Below are positions 9,242-19,510 of a DNA stretch of 64,000 nucleotides, one piece after another. The DNA is from Spirulina sp. (GTDB lineage: Bacteria > Cyanobacteriota > Cyanobacteriia > Phormidesmidales > Phormidesmidaceae). The notes beneath the pieces are model-generated. The model was not told the DNA's origin, did not search any database, and saw only the letters and a program-made list of their open reading frames with translations. The first letter of the stretch is position 1. Every line of letters starts with the position of its first letter. The DNA lies in NCBI GenBank assembly GCA_044070495.1, contig JBIPSI010000023.1, positions 21,321 to 85,320 of the forward strand, read 5' to 3'. The position numbers and the translations under genes were made by a program.

Positions 9242-12055
9242 ATGCGTATCCCCCTCGCGACCTACCGACTTCAGTTCAATCCTGCCTTTAGCTTCCAGAC
9301 GGCCCAGCGAATTTTGCCCTATCTCCAGGAATTGGGCGTATCGGATATCTATGCGTCGCCGATTTTCAAGGCGCGTCAGGGCAGCACCCACGGCTACGAC
9401 ATTGTGGATCCTGCACAGCTTAATCCCGAACTCGGCACCGAGGAGGACTTTATGGCCCTCACGGCAGATCTATCCCAGCGAGAGATGGGCTGGCTTCAGG
9501 ACATTGTGCCCAACCACATGGCCTACGACAGCGAAAACCCTTTTCTGGTGGATATTCTGGAGCATGGCCCCCACTCGGAATACAGCGACTTTTTTGATGT
9601 GGAGTGGGATCACCCCTACGACGATTTCCGAGGCAAGCTGCTGACGCCGCTGTTGGGAGATTTTTACGGGCGCTGCCTAGAACGAGGCGAACTCAGCCTC
9701 GATTACGACGAAGATGGGCTGACCGTGAACTACTACAGCCTGTGGGTGCCCCTGCGCATCGAGTCCTACGCCCGGTTTATCACCCATGATATGGATCGCC
9801 TAGCCCGCACCCTGGGTCGCAGTCACCCAGACTTTGTCAAGCTGCTGGGCATCCTCTATATGGCCAAAAATATCTCGACGGAAACCACCGGGCGAGAACG
9901 AAAAGACCAGGCGCTATTCATTAAAGAGTTGCTGTGGGAACTGTACAACGGTAGTGAAGAAGTACGGTCTTTTATTCAGCAGAATTTAGAGATTTTTAAC
10001 GGTGAAATTGGCGGGCAGGGGGATCGCTACGATTTACTCGACAGTCTGCTGTCGGATCAGTTTTTTCGTCTTTCCTTTTGGAAGGTAGGAGCCGAAGAAC
10101 TAAACTATCGCCGTTTTTTCACCGTCAACGAGCTCATTTGTCTGCGCATTGAAGACCTAAAGGTGTTTCAAAAGACCCATTCGCTGATTGGTCAGTTGGT
10201 GAAAGCGGGTCATATCCACGGACTACGGGTTGATCATTTAGATGGGCTATACAACCCAGAACAATATCTACGGCGGCTAAGAACTCGTTGTGGCGAAGAC
10301 CTCTATGTCGTGGTAGAAAAAATTCTAGAGCGGGAGGAAGCCCTTCCGGAGGATTGGCCCATTCAAGGCACCACAGGCTACGACTTTTTGAACCAGGTGA
10401 ATGGCCTATTTTGCCAGCGATCTAACGAACGGACTTTCAACGCTATCTACCGCCGCATGGTAGATCATACCCCCAACTATGCCGAGTGGGTAGTGGATCG
10501 TAAGCACTTAATTGCCGCCACCAACCTCGTGGGAGATGTGGACAACCTGGGCCATTTGCTGAAGAGTATCGCCGGGAAATATCGCTACGGGCGAGATTTT
10601 ACCCTTAGCGGTTTACGCAAGGCTATCTTGGAAATGCTGGTGCAGTTTCCGGTCTATTGCACCTACATCAATGAGGACGGGGTGAGCGACCGGGATCGGG
10701 TCTATATTCAGTGGGCTATCTCCCAATCCCACAAACGCATTCCCCAATTAAAAAACGAGCTAGACTTCATCGAAAAGGTGCTTACCCTTAACTACGAAGA
10801 CGTGCTCAATGAGGAGGATCAGGCCCAATGGTTGCACTTCACCATGCGCTTTCAGCAGTTTTCTGGGCCGCTGATGGCCAAGGGATTAGAAGACACCCTG
10901 TTCTATGTTTACAATCGGCTAATTTCCCTCAACGAAGTGGGTGGTGATCCCGGCACCTTTGGAGTAACGCTAAAGGAGTTTCATGCCTTTAACCAGCGAC
11001 AACTGGCTCAGTGGCCCCATACTCTAAACACCACCTCTACCCACGACACTAAACGCAGCGAAGATGTGCGGTCGAGACTGAATGTACTATCGGAAATCCC
11101 GGAGGAATGGGATCAGCAGGTACGCCGCTGGCAGACCATTAACGATCCCTTCAAACTTGTTACCAAAAAGCGCACAATTCCCGACCCCAACAACGAATAT
11201 TTTCTCTATCAAACCCTGGTGGGAGCCTTCCCCTTTGGGGACGATCCCCAGGAGTACAAAAGCTTTGTGGAACGGATCAAGGCCTACGTGGTAAAAGCGG
11301 TTCGAGAGGCTAAGGTTTATACGGCCTGGCTCCGACCCGATACAGAGTACGAAGAGGGCTTTGTGGCCTTTGTGGATCGCATCCTCAAAGACAGTGACGA
11401 TAATGAGTTCTTGGCAGAATTTCGCCCCTTTCAGAAAAAAATTGCTGAGTACGGCATCTACAACTCCCTGTCCCAAACGCTAATTAAACTCACGGCCCCC
11501 GGTGTGCCCGACCTCTACCAAGGCACCGAACTGTGGGACTTTAGCCTGGTCGATCCCGACAACCGCCGCCCGGTAGACTACGACGAACGGCTCTCCTTTT
11601 TGCAGGAAATTAAACGCCGTTGCCAAACGGATCTCAAAAGCCTGCTCTCTGATCTTAAAACCACCCGCTACGATGGACGGCTGAAGCTCTTTCTGATCAC
11701 GCGTACCCTGGCGGCAAGGCGGCAATTTCGGACGGTCTTTGAGATGGGAGACTATCTCCCCATTACCGTGGAAGGAGACCGATCCAACCACATCGTTGCC
11801 TTTGCCAGAACCCATCAAGGTCATACCGCCATCACTGTGGTGCCTCGCTTTTTGGCGGGCTTGATTAGCCCCGACCAAGACCCCTGCGGCAAAGTCGTTT
11901 GGGGTGATACGGCCCTAGTCTTACCCTCAGAATTCAAAGGCCCCTGGTACGATGCCCTCACCGATGTGAAGCATCGCGATCAGGCACGGGTGCCCATTGG
12001 CAAGATTTTGCAAATCTTCCCTGTGGCTCTTCTCGTCAATGGGCAGACTGGTTAA
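9242..12055 (+). CDS. treY: Malto-oligosyltrehalose synthase (GH13)
   Basis: MRIPLATYRLQF start, GSTHGYD, DIVPNHM, LRVDHLDGL, STHDTKRSED, SLVDPDNRRPVD. Confidence 0.96.
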   Translation: MRIPLATYRLQFNPAFSFQTAQRILPYLQELGVSDIYASPIFKARQGSTHGYDIVDPAQLNPELGTEEDFMALTADLSQREMGWLQDIVPNHMAYDSENPFLVDILEHGPHSEYSDFFDVEWDHPYDDFRGKLLTPLLGDFYGRCLERGELSLDYDEDGLTVNYYSLWVPLRIESYARFITHDMDRLARTLGRSHPDFVKLLGILYMAKNISTETTGRERKDQALFIKELLWELYNGSEEVRSFIQQNLEIFNGEIGGQGDRYDLLDSLLSDQFFRLSFWKVGAEELNYRRFFTVNELICLRIEDLKVFQKTHSLIGQLVKAGHIHGLRVDHLDGLYNPEQYLRRLRTRCGEDLYVVVEKILEREEALPEDWPIQGTTGYDFLNQVNGLFCQRSNERTFNAIYRRMVDHTPNYAEWVVDRKHLIAATNLVGDVDNLGHLLKSIAGKYRYGRDFTLSGLRKAILEMLVQFPVYCTYINEDGVSDRDRVYIQWAISQSHKRIPQLKNELDFIEKVLTLNYEDVLNEEDQAQWLHFTMRFQQFSGPLMAKGLEDTLFYVYNRLISLNEVGGDPGTFGVTLKEFHAFNQRQLAQWPHTLNTTSTHDTKRSEDVRSRLNVLSEIPEEWDQQVRRWQTINDPFKLVTKKRTIPDPNNEYFLYQTLVGAFPFGDDPQEYKSFVERIKAYVVKAVREAKVYTAWLRPDTEYEEGFVAFVDRILKDSDDNEFLAEFRPFQKKIAEYGIYNSLSQTLIKLTAPGVPDLYQGTELWDFSLVDPDNRRPVDYDERLSFLQEIKRRCQTDLKSLLSDLKTTRYDGRLKLFLITRTLAARRQFRTVFEMGDYLPITVEGDRSNHIVAFARTHQGHTAITVVPRFLAGLISPDQDPCGKVVWGDTALVLPSEFKGPWYDALTDVKHRDQARVPIGKILQIFPVALLVNGQTG

Positions 12056-12088
12056 GCTTTAGGGGTAGGAAATCCTGGCCTTACCCCT

Positions 12089-13690
12089 GTGACAATCTCT
12101 GCTCCTGTGCCTGTCAATGTTCGCACCACTAAAGTTTCCGATGCTGTGCCTAGCAGTGATTTAACCGCCTGGCAAATTCACGCCGTTCGTTCTTACATCA
12201 AAACCTCCTGGCAAACCCTCTCGCGATCCCTCAGCAACATCCTCGAGGCCGCCCAGGACGAAAAAATTGATCACATCGAGGGAACCCCTTGGCCCATCTA
12301 CATTTCGGCCCAGGAAGATCGCTACACCGTAGAAAATGCCTTGCTGGCGGTGCTCAGCCCTGAAGCCTTCGCCCAGATTGAAATCCGTATCCTGCCCGCC
12401 GACTACGACCAAATTACCGATCACGGTCTGTTGTATCTGCCCCACGATTACGTTGTACCCGGTGGTCGCTTCAACGAAATGTACGGCTGGGACAGCTACT
12501 TCATTGTGCTAGGGCTGCTGCGGGATGGCGAACTGCTGATGGCTAAAAATATGGTGGATCAGTTCATCTATCAGGTGAAGCACTACGGCACCGTGCTCAA
12601 CGCCAACCGCACCTACATGCTCAACCGTTCCCAGCCCCCGGTGTTGTCCCTGATGGCTAGGGCCGTGTTTGATCACACCGGCGATCTGGAGTGGCTACAA
12701 TCCTTGCTACCCATCCTAGAGCGCTACTACTACTACTGGATGGTGCCGCCCCACCTCAACTCCGCCACCGGACTCTCCCACTACCACGCCCTCGGCCATG
12801 GCCCCGCCCCCGAAGTGATCGCCTCCGAGCGAGACGAAGCCGGACGAACCCACTACGACCGTGTACGCGAGTATTTTCGGATCCATGGCAATGACATCAC
12901 CGACTACGACGTTAGCCTGTTCTACAACGCCGACACCGACGAACTGACGGATCTGTACTACCAGGGCGACCGCTCCATGCGCGAAAGTGGCTTCGACATC
13001 ACCAACCGCTTTGGCCCCTTCAGCGCCGACATCCTCCACTATGCCCCCGTTTGCCTCAACGTGCTGCTCTACCAAATGGAGCAAGACCTCACTCACTTCT
13101 GCCAACTCCTCGACCGCCAGTGGGAAGCCGACATCTGGCAGACCCGCGCCCAGCACCGTCACCAGATCATCGACCACTACCTCTGGGACGACGAAGCTGG
13201 ACTTTACTACGACTACAATGCCCACACCGAACAGCGTCGCCCCTACGACTTTGTCACCACCTTCATGCCCCTCTGGGCCGGACTGGCTTCTCCTTACCAA
13301 GCCCTGCGGGTGGTCGATAACCTCTACAAATTTGAGGCTCCGGGCGGGCTTGTCACCAGCACCCACGTCTCTGGAAACCAGTGGGACGCCCCCTTTGGCT
13401 GGGCACCGCTGCAATGGTTCGCCATTCAAGGGCTGATCAACACGGGCTATACAACCGAAGCCCGCCGCATTGCTCTACGGTTTGTGCAACTGGCGGTGAA
13501 GGAGTTTGAAAAAAGCGGCACCCTCGTCGAAAAATACGACGTAGAACGCTGCTCCGCCAACGTCTCCGACGATATCCAGTTTGGCTATAGCTCCAACGAA
13601 ATCGGCTTCGGCTGGACTAACGGCGTCGTCTCCGAATTTCTCAGCCTGCTAGAAGATCGCCCCCAATCCCTGACAGACCAGGCCGCTTAG
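12089..13690 (+). CDS. treH: Alpha,alpha-trehalase (GH37)
   Basis: PGGRFNEMYGWDSYF, RSQPP, RESGFD, QWDAPFGWAPLQ, GFGWTNG. Confidence 0.95.
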   Translation: MTISAPVPVNVRTTKVSDAVPSSDLTAWQIHAVRSYIKTSWQTLSRSLSNILEAAQDEKIDHIEGTPWPIYISAQEDRYTVENALLAVLSPEAFAQIEIRILPADYDQITDHGLLYLPHDYVVPGGRFNEMYGWDSYFIVLGLLRDGELLMAKNMVDQFIYQVKHYGTVLNANRTYMLNRSQPPVLSLMARAVFDHTGDLEWLQSLLPILERYYYYWMVPPHLNSATGLSHYHALGHGPAPEVIASERDEAGRTHYDRVREYFRIHGNDITDYDVSLFYNADTDELTDLYYQGDRSMRESGFDITNRFGPFSADILHYAPVCLNVLLYQMEQDLTHFCQLLDRQWEADIWQTRAQHRHQIIDHYLWDDEAGLYYDYNAHTEQRRPYDFVTTFMPLWAGLASPYQALRVVDNLYKFEAPGGLVTSTHVSGNQWDAPFGWAPLQWFAIQGLINTGYTTEARRIALRFVQLAVKEFEKSGTLVEKYDVERCSANVSDDIQFGYSSNEIGFGWTNGVVSEFLSLLEDRPQSLTDQAA

Positions 13691-13724
13691 GCAAGATTTG
13701 ACGGTCAAAGTAAGTCACCCCCCA

Positions 13725-13987
13725 GTCCCACGGACTCCTCACCCCCGCCCACCCTGGCTCAGCCCACGGGTGAGGCAGCCCCAGGATCCTGCACCACCAG
13801 ACGGGGCAAAAAACGCCTCAATCTCCGATTCCCCCCTTTGATTTGGGTGGCGGTTGTTGTGAAACAGGATGCACCGCCGAAGCCACCGCCTGTAGGTCTG
13901 CTCCGTGTGGTAAGAATAGTGCTTTAGCCGAATGGCAGCCCACCCTTGGTCAAGCCGTCGCCTAGGCAGAGAAGCCGATGCAGCCAT
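13725..13987 (-). pseudogene. intI: Integron integrase relic: N-terminal SAM-like domain fused to extreme C-terminus, core deleted, frameshifted
   Basis: IRLKHYSYHTEQTY..W.RR.ILFH..RHP....SEIEAF, then after a frameshift L.RLVVQ..GAAS, then TRGLSQGGRG/VRSPWD matching the IntI tail THVLNRGG.GVRSPLD. Confidence 0.8.
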
Positions 13988-14041
13988 GGGTAATTCTGCA
14001 CTAACAGAAAGGACATCTTAAATTACAGAACATCTAGAGTA

Positions 14042-14060
14042 CTGGTTGACTGACAAAACT
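14042..14060. mobile_element. Solitary MITE terminal inverted repeat
   Basis: CTGGTTGACTGACAAAACT matches the ends of the element at 35574-35703. Confidence 0.65.
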
Positions 14061-14133
14061 AATCGGCAGCGTAGCTGTACGTGTGTATTTTGAACTCGAT
14101 GGCGAAATGAACATGGAGTTAACCCTACGGGCG

Positions 14134-15162
14134 TTACACCATTTGCCAGGTTAGTTCCTCCCCGGCCCATAGGGGTACAAGTCCTGCATCGAGAAATGGC
14201 AATTCATCGGGAATTCGCCACGTTGTTTTGGTTAATGTGATAGGTTCTGTATTGCGTGGAAGCTGATAAAAGTCGGGGCCATGGAAGCTGGCAAAGGCTT
14301 CGAGTTTATCGAGGGCATCAACGCTTTCAAAGGCTTCTGCGTATAGCGCCATGGCGTGCAAAGCCGAATAGCAACCCGCACAGCTGCAGTCGCTCTCTTT
14401 ACTATTTCGAGCATGGGGAGCGCTGTCGGTACCTAGAAAAAACTTCGGGTTGCCAGAGGTTGCGGCCTTTAAAAGTGCCCGTCGATGATCTTCGCGCTTT
14501 AGAATGGGCAGGCAATAAAAATGGGGACGAAGACCACCTTTGAATAAACTATTTCGGCTAAACAATAAATGTTGAGGCGTAATGGTTGCGGCAACATTAT
14601 CGGCAGATAAAACGAACTGAACGGCATCTGAGGTGGTAATGTGCTCCAGCACGATACGCAACTTTGGAAATTGTGCTGTCAGCGGGACTAAGTATTTCTC
14701 AATAAAGACTTTCTCGCGATCAAATATATCAATATGACTATCCGTAACTTCTCCGTGAAGTAGAAGCGGCAGGTCTACCTGCTGCATCGCTTCAAAGACA
14801 GGATAACAACGGCGAATATCCGTGACACCGAGGTCTGAGTTGGTGGTTGCACCGGCGGGATAGTACTTGACGGCTTTGACAAACTGGGAGTCTTTGGCCG
14901 CCAGAATCTCCTCAGGGCTGGTGTTGTCCGTGAGGTAAAGCGTCATTAGCGGCTCGAATTGTCGGCCCGCTGGGATGGCAGCGATGATGCGATCTCGGTA
15001 GGCCGCTGCCTCGGCGACGGAGCGGACTGGGGGCTTTAGGTTTGGCATGACGATGGCGCGGGCAAACTGACGTACCGTATGGGGCAGAACGGCTTTAAGG
15101 GCTGCACCATCGCGTAGATGCAGGTGCCAGTCGTCGGGGCGAGTAATGGTGAGCTTTTGCAT
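14134..15162 (-). CDS. pyrC: Dihydroorotase (homodimeric type II)
   Basis: [41 protein letters not shown]. Confidence 0.96.
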   Translation of the reverse strand: MQKLTITRPDDWHLHLRDGAALKAVLPHTVRQFARAIVMPNLKPPVRSVAEAAAYRDRIIAAIPAGRQFEPLMTLYLTDNTSPEEILAAKDSQFVKAVKYYPAGATTNSDLGVTDIRRCYPVFEAMQQVDLPLLLHGEVTDSHIDIFDREKVFIEKYLVPLTAQFPKLRIVLEHITTSDAVQFVLSADNVAATITPQHLLFSRNSLFKGGLRPHFYCLPILKREDHRRALLKAATSGNPKFFLGTDSAPHARNSKESDCSCAGCYSALHAMALYAEAFESVDALDKLEAFASFHGPDFYQLPRNTEPITLTKTTWRIPDELPFLDAGLVPLWAGEELTWQMV

Positions 15163-15256
15163 AGTCCAGTCCTAAAACAGTGGGCGATGGGGTGAGCGAG
15201 GTTCGCCTGCGCTCACCCCTGAGGGCATCGGCGGATGTTGCATAGTGGCGGGACGG

Positions 15257-15727
15257 CTAGACGGGATCGCAGCGGATTTCTACCATAAAGCCATCTGGGT
15301 CATAGAAGTACACCCCGCGTCCGGTGGGTCGGCTGACGGGGCCATGGGCGATGGCAATGTGGTGTTGCTGCAAAATCGCCAGGGCGTGATCAAAGTGATC
15401 CGGGGCGATGTCGAAGGCGAGGTGGTAGGCGCGGGTGAAGGATTGCTCTGGGTCGGGGTGGGGCGGGTCTAAATCTGGCGCGTAGAACAGGTCGAGGATG
15501 AGGCCATCGGGCAACACAAAGTTCGCGACTTGGCCAGAGGCCACCAGATTCTTAAGGGTGTCGTCTACCTCGTCGCCCGTGAGTTCACGCAGCCCTAGCA
15601 GCCCACCATAGAACTGGCGGGAAGCTTCCATATCCTTCACATTCAAGGCGAGGTGGTGTATCCGCCGCAGTTGTCCCGGTTGCAGGGCGGTAGGGGCGGC
15701 ATTGGTGTTGGCGGTATTGGCGATCAT
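15257..15727 (-). CDS. VOC/glyoxalase-family protein
   Basis: IHHLALNVKD, YHLAF, YFYDPDG..VEI; ATGA overlap with upstream ABC gene. Confidence 0.88.
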   Translation of the reverse strand: MIANTANTNAAPTALQPGQLRRIHHLALNVKDMEASRQFYGGLLGLRELTGDEVDDTLKNLVASGQVANFVLPDGLILDLFYAPDLDPPHPDPEQSFTRAYHLAFDIAPDHFDHALAILQQHHIAIAHGPVSRPTGRGVYFYDPDGFMVEIRCDPV

Positions 15728-16452
15728 GGGGTGCTCCCAATGGTGGTGAATGAGGTGAGGTCGGCGGGTCGGAGGTGATCGTTCATCACTTCGCCATCTT
15801 TGAACCAAATGATCCGCTGGCTGGTGCGGGCCACATCGGGTTCGTGGGTCACCATCACCACGGTCATGCCGCTGGTGTGGAGTTCAGCGAAGATCTTCAG
15901 CACCTCTTCGGTGGTGTGGGTATCGAGCGCTCCGGTGGGTTCGTCAGCCAAAAGCAGGAGAGGGCGATTGACGATGGCGCGGGCAATGGCAACCCGCTGC
16001 TGCTGTCCCCCCGATAGCTGGTTAGGACGATTGTTGACCCGGTTCCCTAGCCCCACCTGTTCTAGGGCGGTGATGGCCCGCTGCTGCCGTTCTGCCTTGG
16101 TCACCCCGGCATAGACCATGGGAAGCTCCACATTTTCCCTCGCCGTAAGCTGGGACAGCAGATGAAACTGCTGGAAGACAAATCCAATCTTTTGGTTGCG
16201 GATGTGGGCGAGGTCGGTATCGGCCAGGGTGGCCACATTCTGCTGATCAAAGTAGTAGTCGCCAGCGGTGGGCCGATCTAGACAGCCAATCATATTCATG
16301 GCCGTGGATTTGCCTGACCCCGATGGCCCCATGATGGCGCAGTACTCCCCTGGGTAGATGGCGAGGTTGACGTTCCACAGGGCACGAACTTCGGTGTTGC
16401 CCTCACCGTAGACCTTTTGCAAATTGCGGAACTCAATCAAAGGCGTTGGCAT
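15724..16452 (-). CDS. ABC transporter ATP-binding protein (LolD/MacB/DevA-like)
   Basis: GPSGSGKST, LSGGQQQRVAIARA, LADEPTGALD, VTHE. Confidence 0.93.
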   Translation of the reverse strand: MPTPLIEFRNLQKVYGEGNTEVRALWNVNLAIYPGEYCAIMGPSGSGKSTAMNMIGCLDRPTAGDYYFDQQNVATLADTDLAHIRNQKIGFVFQQFHLLSQLTARENVELPMVYAGVTKAERQQRAITALEQVGLGNRVNNRPNQLSGGQQQRVAIARAIVNRPLLLLADEPTGALDTHTTEEVLKIFAELHTSGMTVVMVTHEPDVARTSQRIIWFKDGEVMNDHLRPADLTSFTTIGSTP

Positions 16453-16548
16453 GACCACAGGGTGACTCAAGACGATCCTAATCCATCCTAACCAACACGC
16501 CTATGGTCATCGCCTCTGGACTCCGTTGAAAAATAGCGCCATAAGCCA

Positions 16549-16581
16549 AGATCCCAGGGTTCTTCAAGAACCCTGGGATCT
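16549..16581. repeat. Perfect 16-bp inverted repeat (small dispersed repeat or possible terminator)
   Basis: AGATCCCAGGGTTCTT-C-AAGAACCCTGGGATCT just downstream of the phosphoketolase stop. Confidence 0.75.
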
Positions 16582-16616
16582 GAATTTCTGGGTAACCCTA
16601 GGTTTCTAAGGAAGAC

Positions 16617-18821
16617 CTAACCCAGCAGCGCCTTGGCGCGGGCCACAAAGTTTTCAGCGGTGAGACCATTGAGAGCCATCACTTGCCCTGCGGTGGCGGT
16701 GGTTTCGCCGCGCTTCCAGGCGAAGGTGTCGCGGGGGGCGGTGCTGCGGAGCATGATGGGTTCCAACATGGCGCTGGAACCACCCGTCACGCCAATCACC
16801 ACATCGCCGCCAAACAGCCGCTCGAATCCGGCATCATCCAGGAAGTTGCTATCGGGTTCCGAGCACAGATCCCAGGCGACATCGGTGGGGCGATAGAGCT
16901 GACGGGGGCTGACCACAGAGACAATCCGGCTACCGATACCTGCGCTGGCCAGTTGTTCAGCGGCCTCGAAGACGGGAATCAGGGTCATGTCGCCGATCAC
17001 CGCAAACACCACGGTTTTGTCCCCAGGGGTGGAGGCCAGTTCCACCGCGCCCTCGGCCAGGGCTTGGCGGGTTTGCTCGAAGCTGGTGCGAATGGGCAGG
17101 GGCGACTTGCTGGCGGTGATGGTGACGCCCTTGTTGACGGTGCCCAAGGCCCAGTCGTAGCAGACCTGGATGCCGTTGGCGTCGGTGGGGAAGAGGGGAA
17201 ACACGTTGCCGTTGCGCATCATGCCCGCGAAGTAGTTTTCAATTTCCGGGCGCTGGTGGGTCCAGCCGTTGCGGCCCTGCTCCAAGGCTCCCGCCGTAAA
17301 CAGGGTGATGGTGGAGGGGGTGGCGCGACGCAGCTCGGCCATCGCCTGGGTGACGGTTTGCCAAATGGGCAGGCCGTTGATGGCGAAGGATTCGTAGGAA
17401 CACCAAAGGGTGCGGCCTCCGAATAGCGCCTGGGCGGCGGCAAGTCCCGCACAGGCATCTTCGCTGAGGGGTTCGTAGACCTGGCCCTGGGGCTGCTGGA
17501 AGTAGGTGGCGTCGGTGGTGGGGTGGATGATCTTCAGGGCTTGGTTGATGTTGTTGATGCCGGAAGCGGCGTTGCCGTCGGCATTGGTGACCACAAAATG
17601 AGGATCCTGCTGACCCACGTAGCCCACCAGGGCACCCATGGCGGTGGTGGCCACCTGCTTATCGCCGCCCACGGGGAACTCGTTCAGGGGTAAGGTGCCT
17701 AGATCCGCTAAGGGCAGTTCTTTTTCGGTGACGGCCACCTGGGCCGCAGGGCCACCCGCCGCCCGTTCGTAGTTGGTGCGCACCAAGGCCCAAGCATCGG
17801 GGTGCAGGGCGCGATTGGTCAGGGCCGTCACGATATAATCCCGCTCTAGGGAATCGCCGGGATAGAGGTTGTGGGACTGGGCACCGCGCTTGTGAACCCC
17901 TGCGCCCTTGAGTTGCTTCACAATCAGCACCGTCAACGTGCCGCCCAGGGCGAGTTTGGCGGCTTTGTCCGTAGCTTCGAGGACGGCCTGGGTGAAGGCG
18001 AACCGCTGGGGGAAGGAGAAGGCGGTGCTATCGACATAATCCCCAGGCTGGTTGGCATCGTCAAAATCCTTGGCATCCACCAGGATTACCTCCTGGAAGC
18101 CGTTGCCGCGCCAGTAGTCGATCATGGCCTGGTTGCTCTTGGTGGAGACCATGCTGTGGTGCTCCTGGCTGTAGCCGTTCCACACCAGGATGGGGAGGAA
18201 GTTGGTGGCGCTGGGGTAGGCGGTATTGAAGTGGCCGATGCTGCTCATGATGTAGGGTTCGCCCAGGCCACCATCGCCGATGGTGACGGGAAACAGCACA
18301 CCGGGATGCAGCTTGGCCCCGGCCATAGCGAAGTGCTGCCCCTGACCGAGGGGGCCAGCGGGGGCGAGGAGTCCCGGAATTTGGCCCGACAGGTGGCCCA
18401 GCAATCCGTGGGTTTCCCGGAAGCGGTCGCATAGGTCTTGGACGGTGTTGATGCCCATGGCCTCTAGAGAGCCATCCAAAAACACGTTGCTATAGAAGCC
18501 CGGAGCATGGTGGCCCACTTCGGTGACGATATTTTTGTGACCCAGCATCACTAGGGAGGCGATGGCTTCGGCAATGCTGGCAAAGCCGCCGGGATGGCCC
18601 GACTGCTTGCTGGCGGTCATTTGCAGCGTCAGATAGCGCAGGGCATCGGCGGCCAGCAGGGTTTGGTAGACGGCAGCGGGGTCGCTGGGGGAGGCGATGG
18701 CGGGTTGCCCTGGGGCAATGGCAGCCTCTTGGCCATGGGCCGCAAAGTCTGGGGGCAGTTCCCCAAAGTGCTTTACTCCCTCGCAAAACGCCGGAACCGA
18801 TTGGGTGCTAACCGCCGTCAT
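16617..18821 (-). CDS. Phosphoketolase/transketolase-like thiamine-diphosphate enzyme
   Basis: SGHPGG, GHHAPG, AGPLGQG, TPP motif GDGG...WNG, LSE, SYESF, QGRNGWTHQ. Confidence 0.85.
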   Translation of the reverse strand: MTAVSTQSVPAFCEGVKHFGELPPDFAAHGQEAAIAPGQPAIASPSDPAAVYQTLLAADALRYLTLQMTASKQSGHPGGFASIAEAIASLVMLGHKNIVTEVGHHAPGFYSNVFLDGSLEAMGINTVQDLCDRFRETHGLLGHLSGQIPGLLAPAGPLGQGQHFAMAGAKLHPGVLFPVTIGDGGLGEPYIMSSIGHFNTAYPSATNFLPILVWNGYSQEHHSMVSTKSNQAMIDYWRGNGFQEVILVDAKDFDDANQPGDYVDSTAFSFPQRFAFTQAVLEATDKAAKLALGGTLTVLIVKQLKGAGVHKRGAQSHNLYPGDSLERDYIVTALTNRALHPDAWALVRTNYERAAGGPAAQVAVTEKELPLADLGTLPLNEFPVGGDKQVATTAMGALVGYVGQQDPHFVVTNADGNAASGINNINQALKIIHPTTDATYFQQPQGQVYEPLSEDACAGLAAAQALFGGRTLWCSYESFAINGLPIWQTVTQAMAELRRATPSTITLFTAGALEQGRNGWTHQRPEIENYFAGMMRNGNVFPLFPTDANGIQVCYDWALGTVNKGVTITASKSPLPIRTSFEQTRQALAEGAVELASTPGDKTVVFAVIGDMTLIPVFEAAEQLASAGIGSRIVSVVSPRQLYRPTDVAWDLCSEPDSNFLDDAGFERLFGGDVVIGVTGGSSAMLEPIMLRSTAPRDTFAWKRGETTATAGQVMALNGLTAENFVARAKALLG

Positions 18822-19113
18822 ACTCAAACCCCCTAACTCGCATCAAAATAGGCAAAAACGTTCATTCCTGGGCTAATCCTGACCATAGGAGCATTGGTTA
18901 AGCGCCCTGGTCACTGTATACAATCAGCCAAGATCTGTTTACCATCCTACACAGCGACGGGTAGCCCTAGATCGAAAAGCTTGGTTTCATAAGATAGAAA
19001 TCCCGTTGATGGGGGATTAGGTATCGCTATGGCATGCATTCGGTATAAGGGCAGGGGCATCGGTTCGAGCCTGCGCACAGCACAGGTTGCAGCCGTAAGC
19101 TAAGGGGCAAACG

Positions 19114-19431
19114 CTAGGGCTCAATTTCAGACTTCATGCGGTCGAGGGTTTGCTGCATCTGCTGGAACATGGCGTCGGGGGTCATGCCAAATTGCCCAAG
19201 CTGGGTTTTCAGTTGTTCGATGGTCATTTTGGCCGTGAAGTCTTCGGACAACTCGAACCGCTTCATGAAGATGTGGTAACGATCCATCATCGCTTCCATC
19301 TGTTCGATGAACATTTTTTTGCCTTCGCGGTCAAACTTGCCGTAGTTGCTGCCCAACTGCGTCAGCGACTGGTAGTCCTGGAACAGTTGCATGGCTTCCT
19401 GTTGGATGATTTCAGAATCAAAAAATCCCAT
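19114..19431 (-). CDS. DUF1825-family protein
   Basis: Conserved cyanobacterial MGFFDSEI.Q.EA..LF.DYQ...YGKFDREGK...KRFELSEDF. Confidence 0.85.
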   Translation of the reverse strand: MGFFDSEIIQQEAMQLFQDYQSLTQLGSNYGKFDREGKKMFIEQMEAMMDRYHIFMKRFELSEDFTAKMTIEQLKTQLGQFGMTPDAMFQQMQQTLDRMKSEIEP

Positions 19432-19510
19432 GGTTTGGCGGTGACTAACAAAAGACCTTATCCCTACGATCCTAGGGGTGAGACTGAGCCTTGGCCAAGG
19501 TGAGATAACC

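Noticed and set aside
14020..14043. LexA box upstream of intI
   Set aside because: GAACA-TCTAGA-GTACT has a 6-nt spacer rather than the 3 nt of the cyanobacterial consensus.
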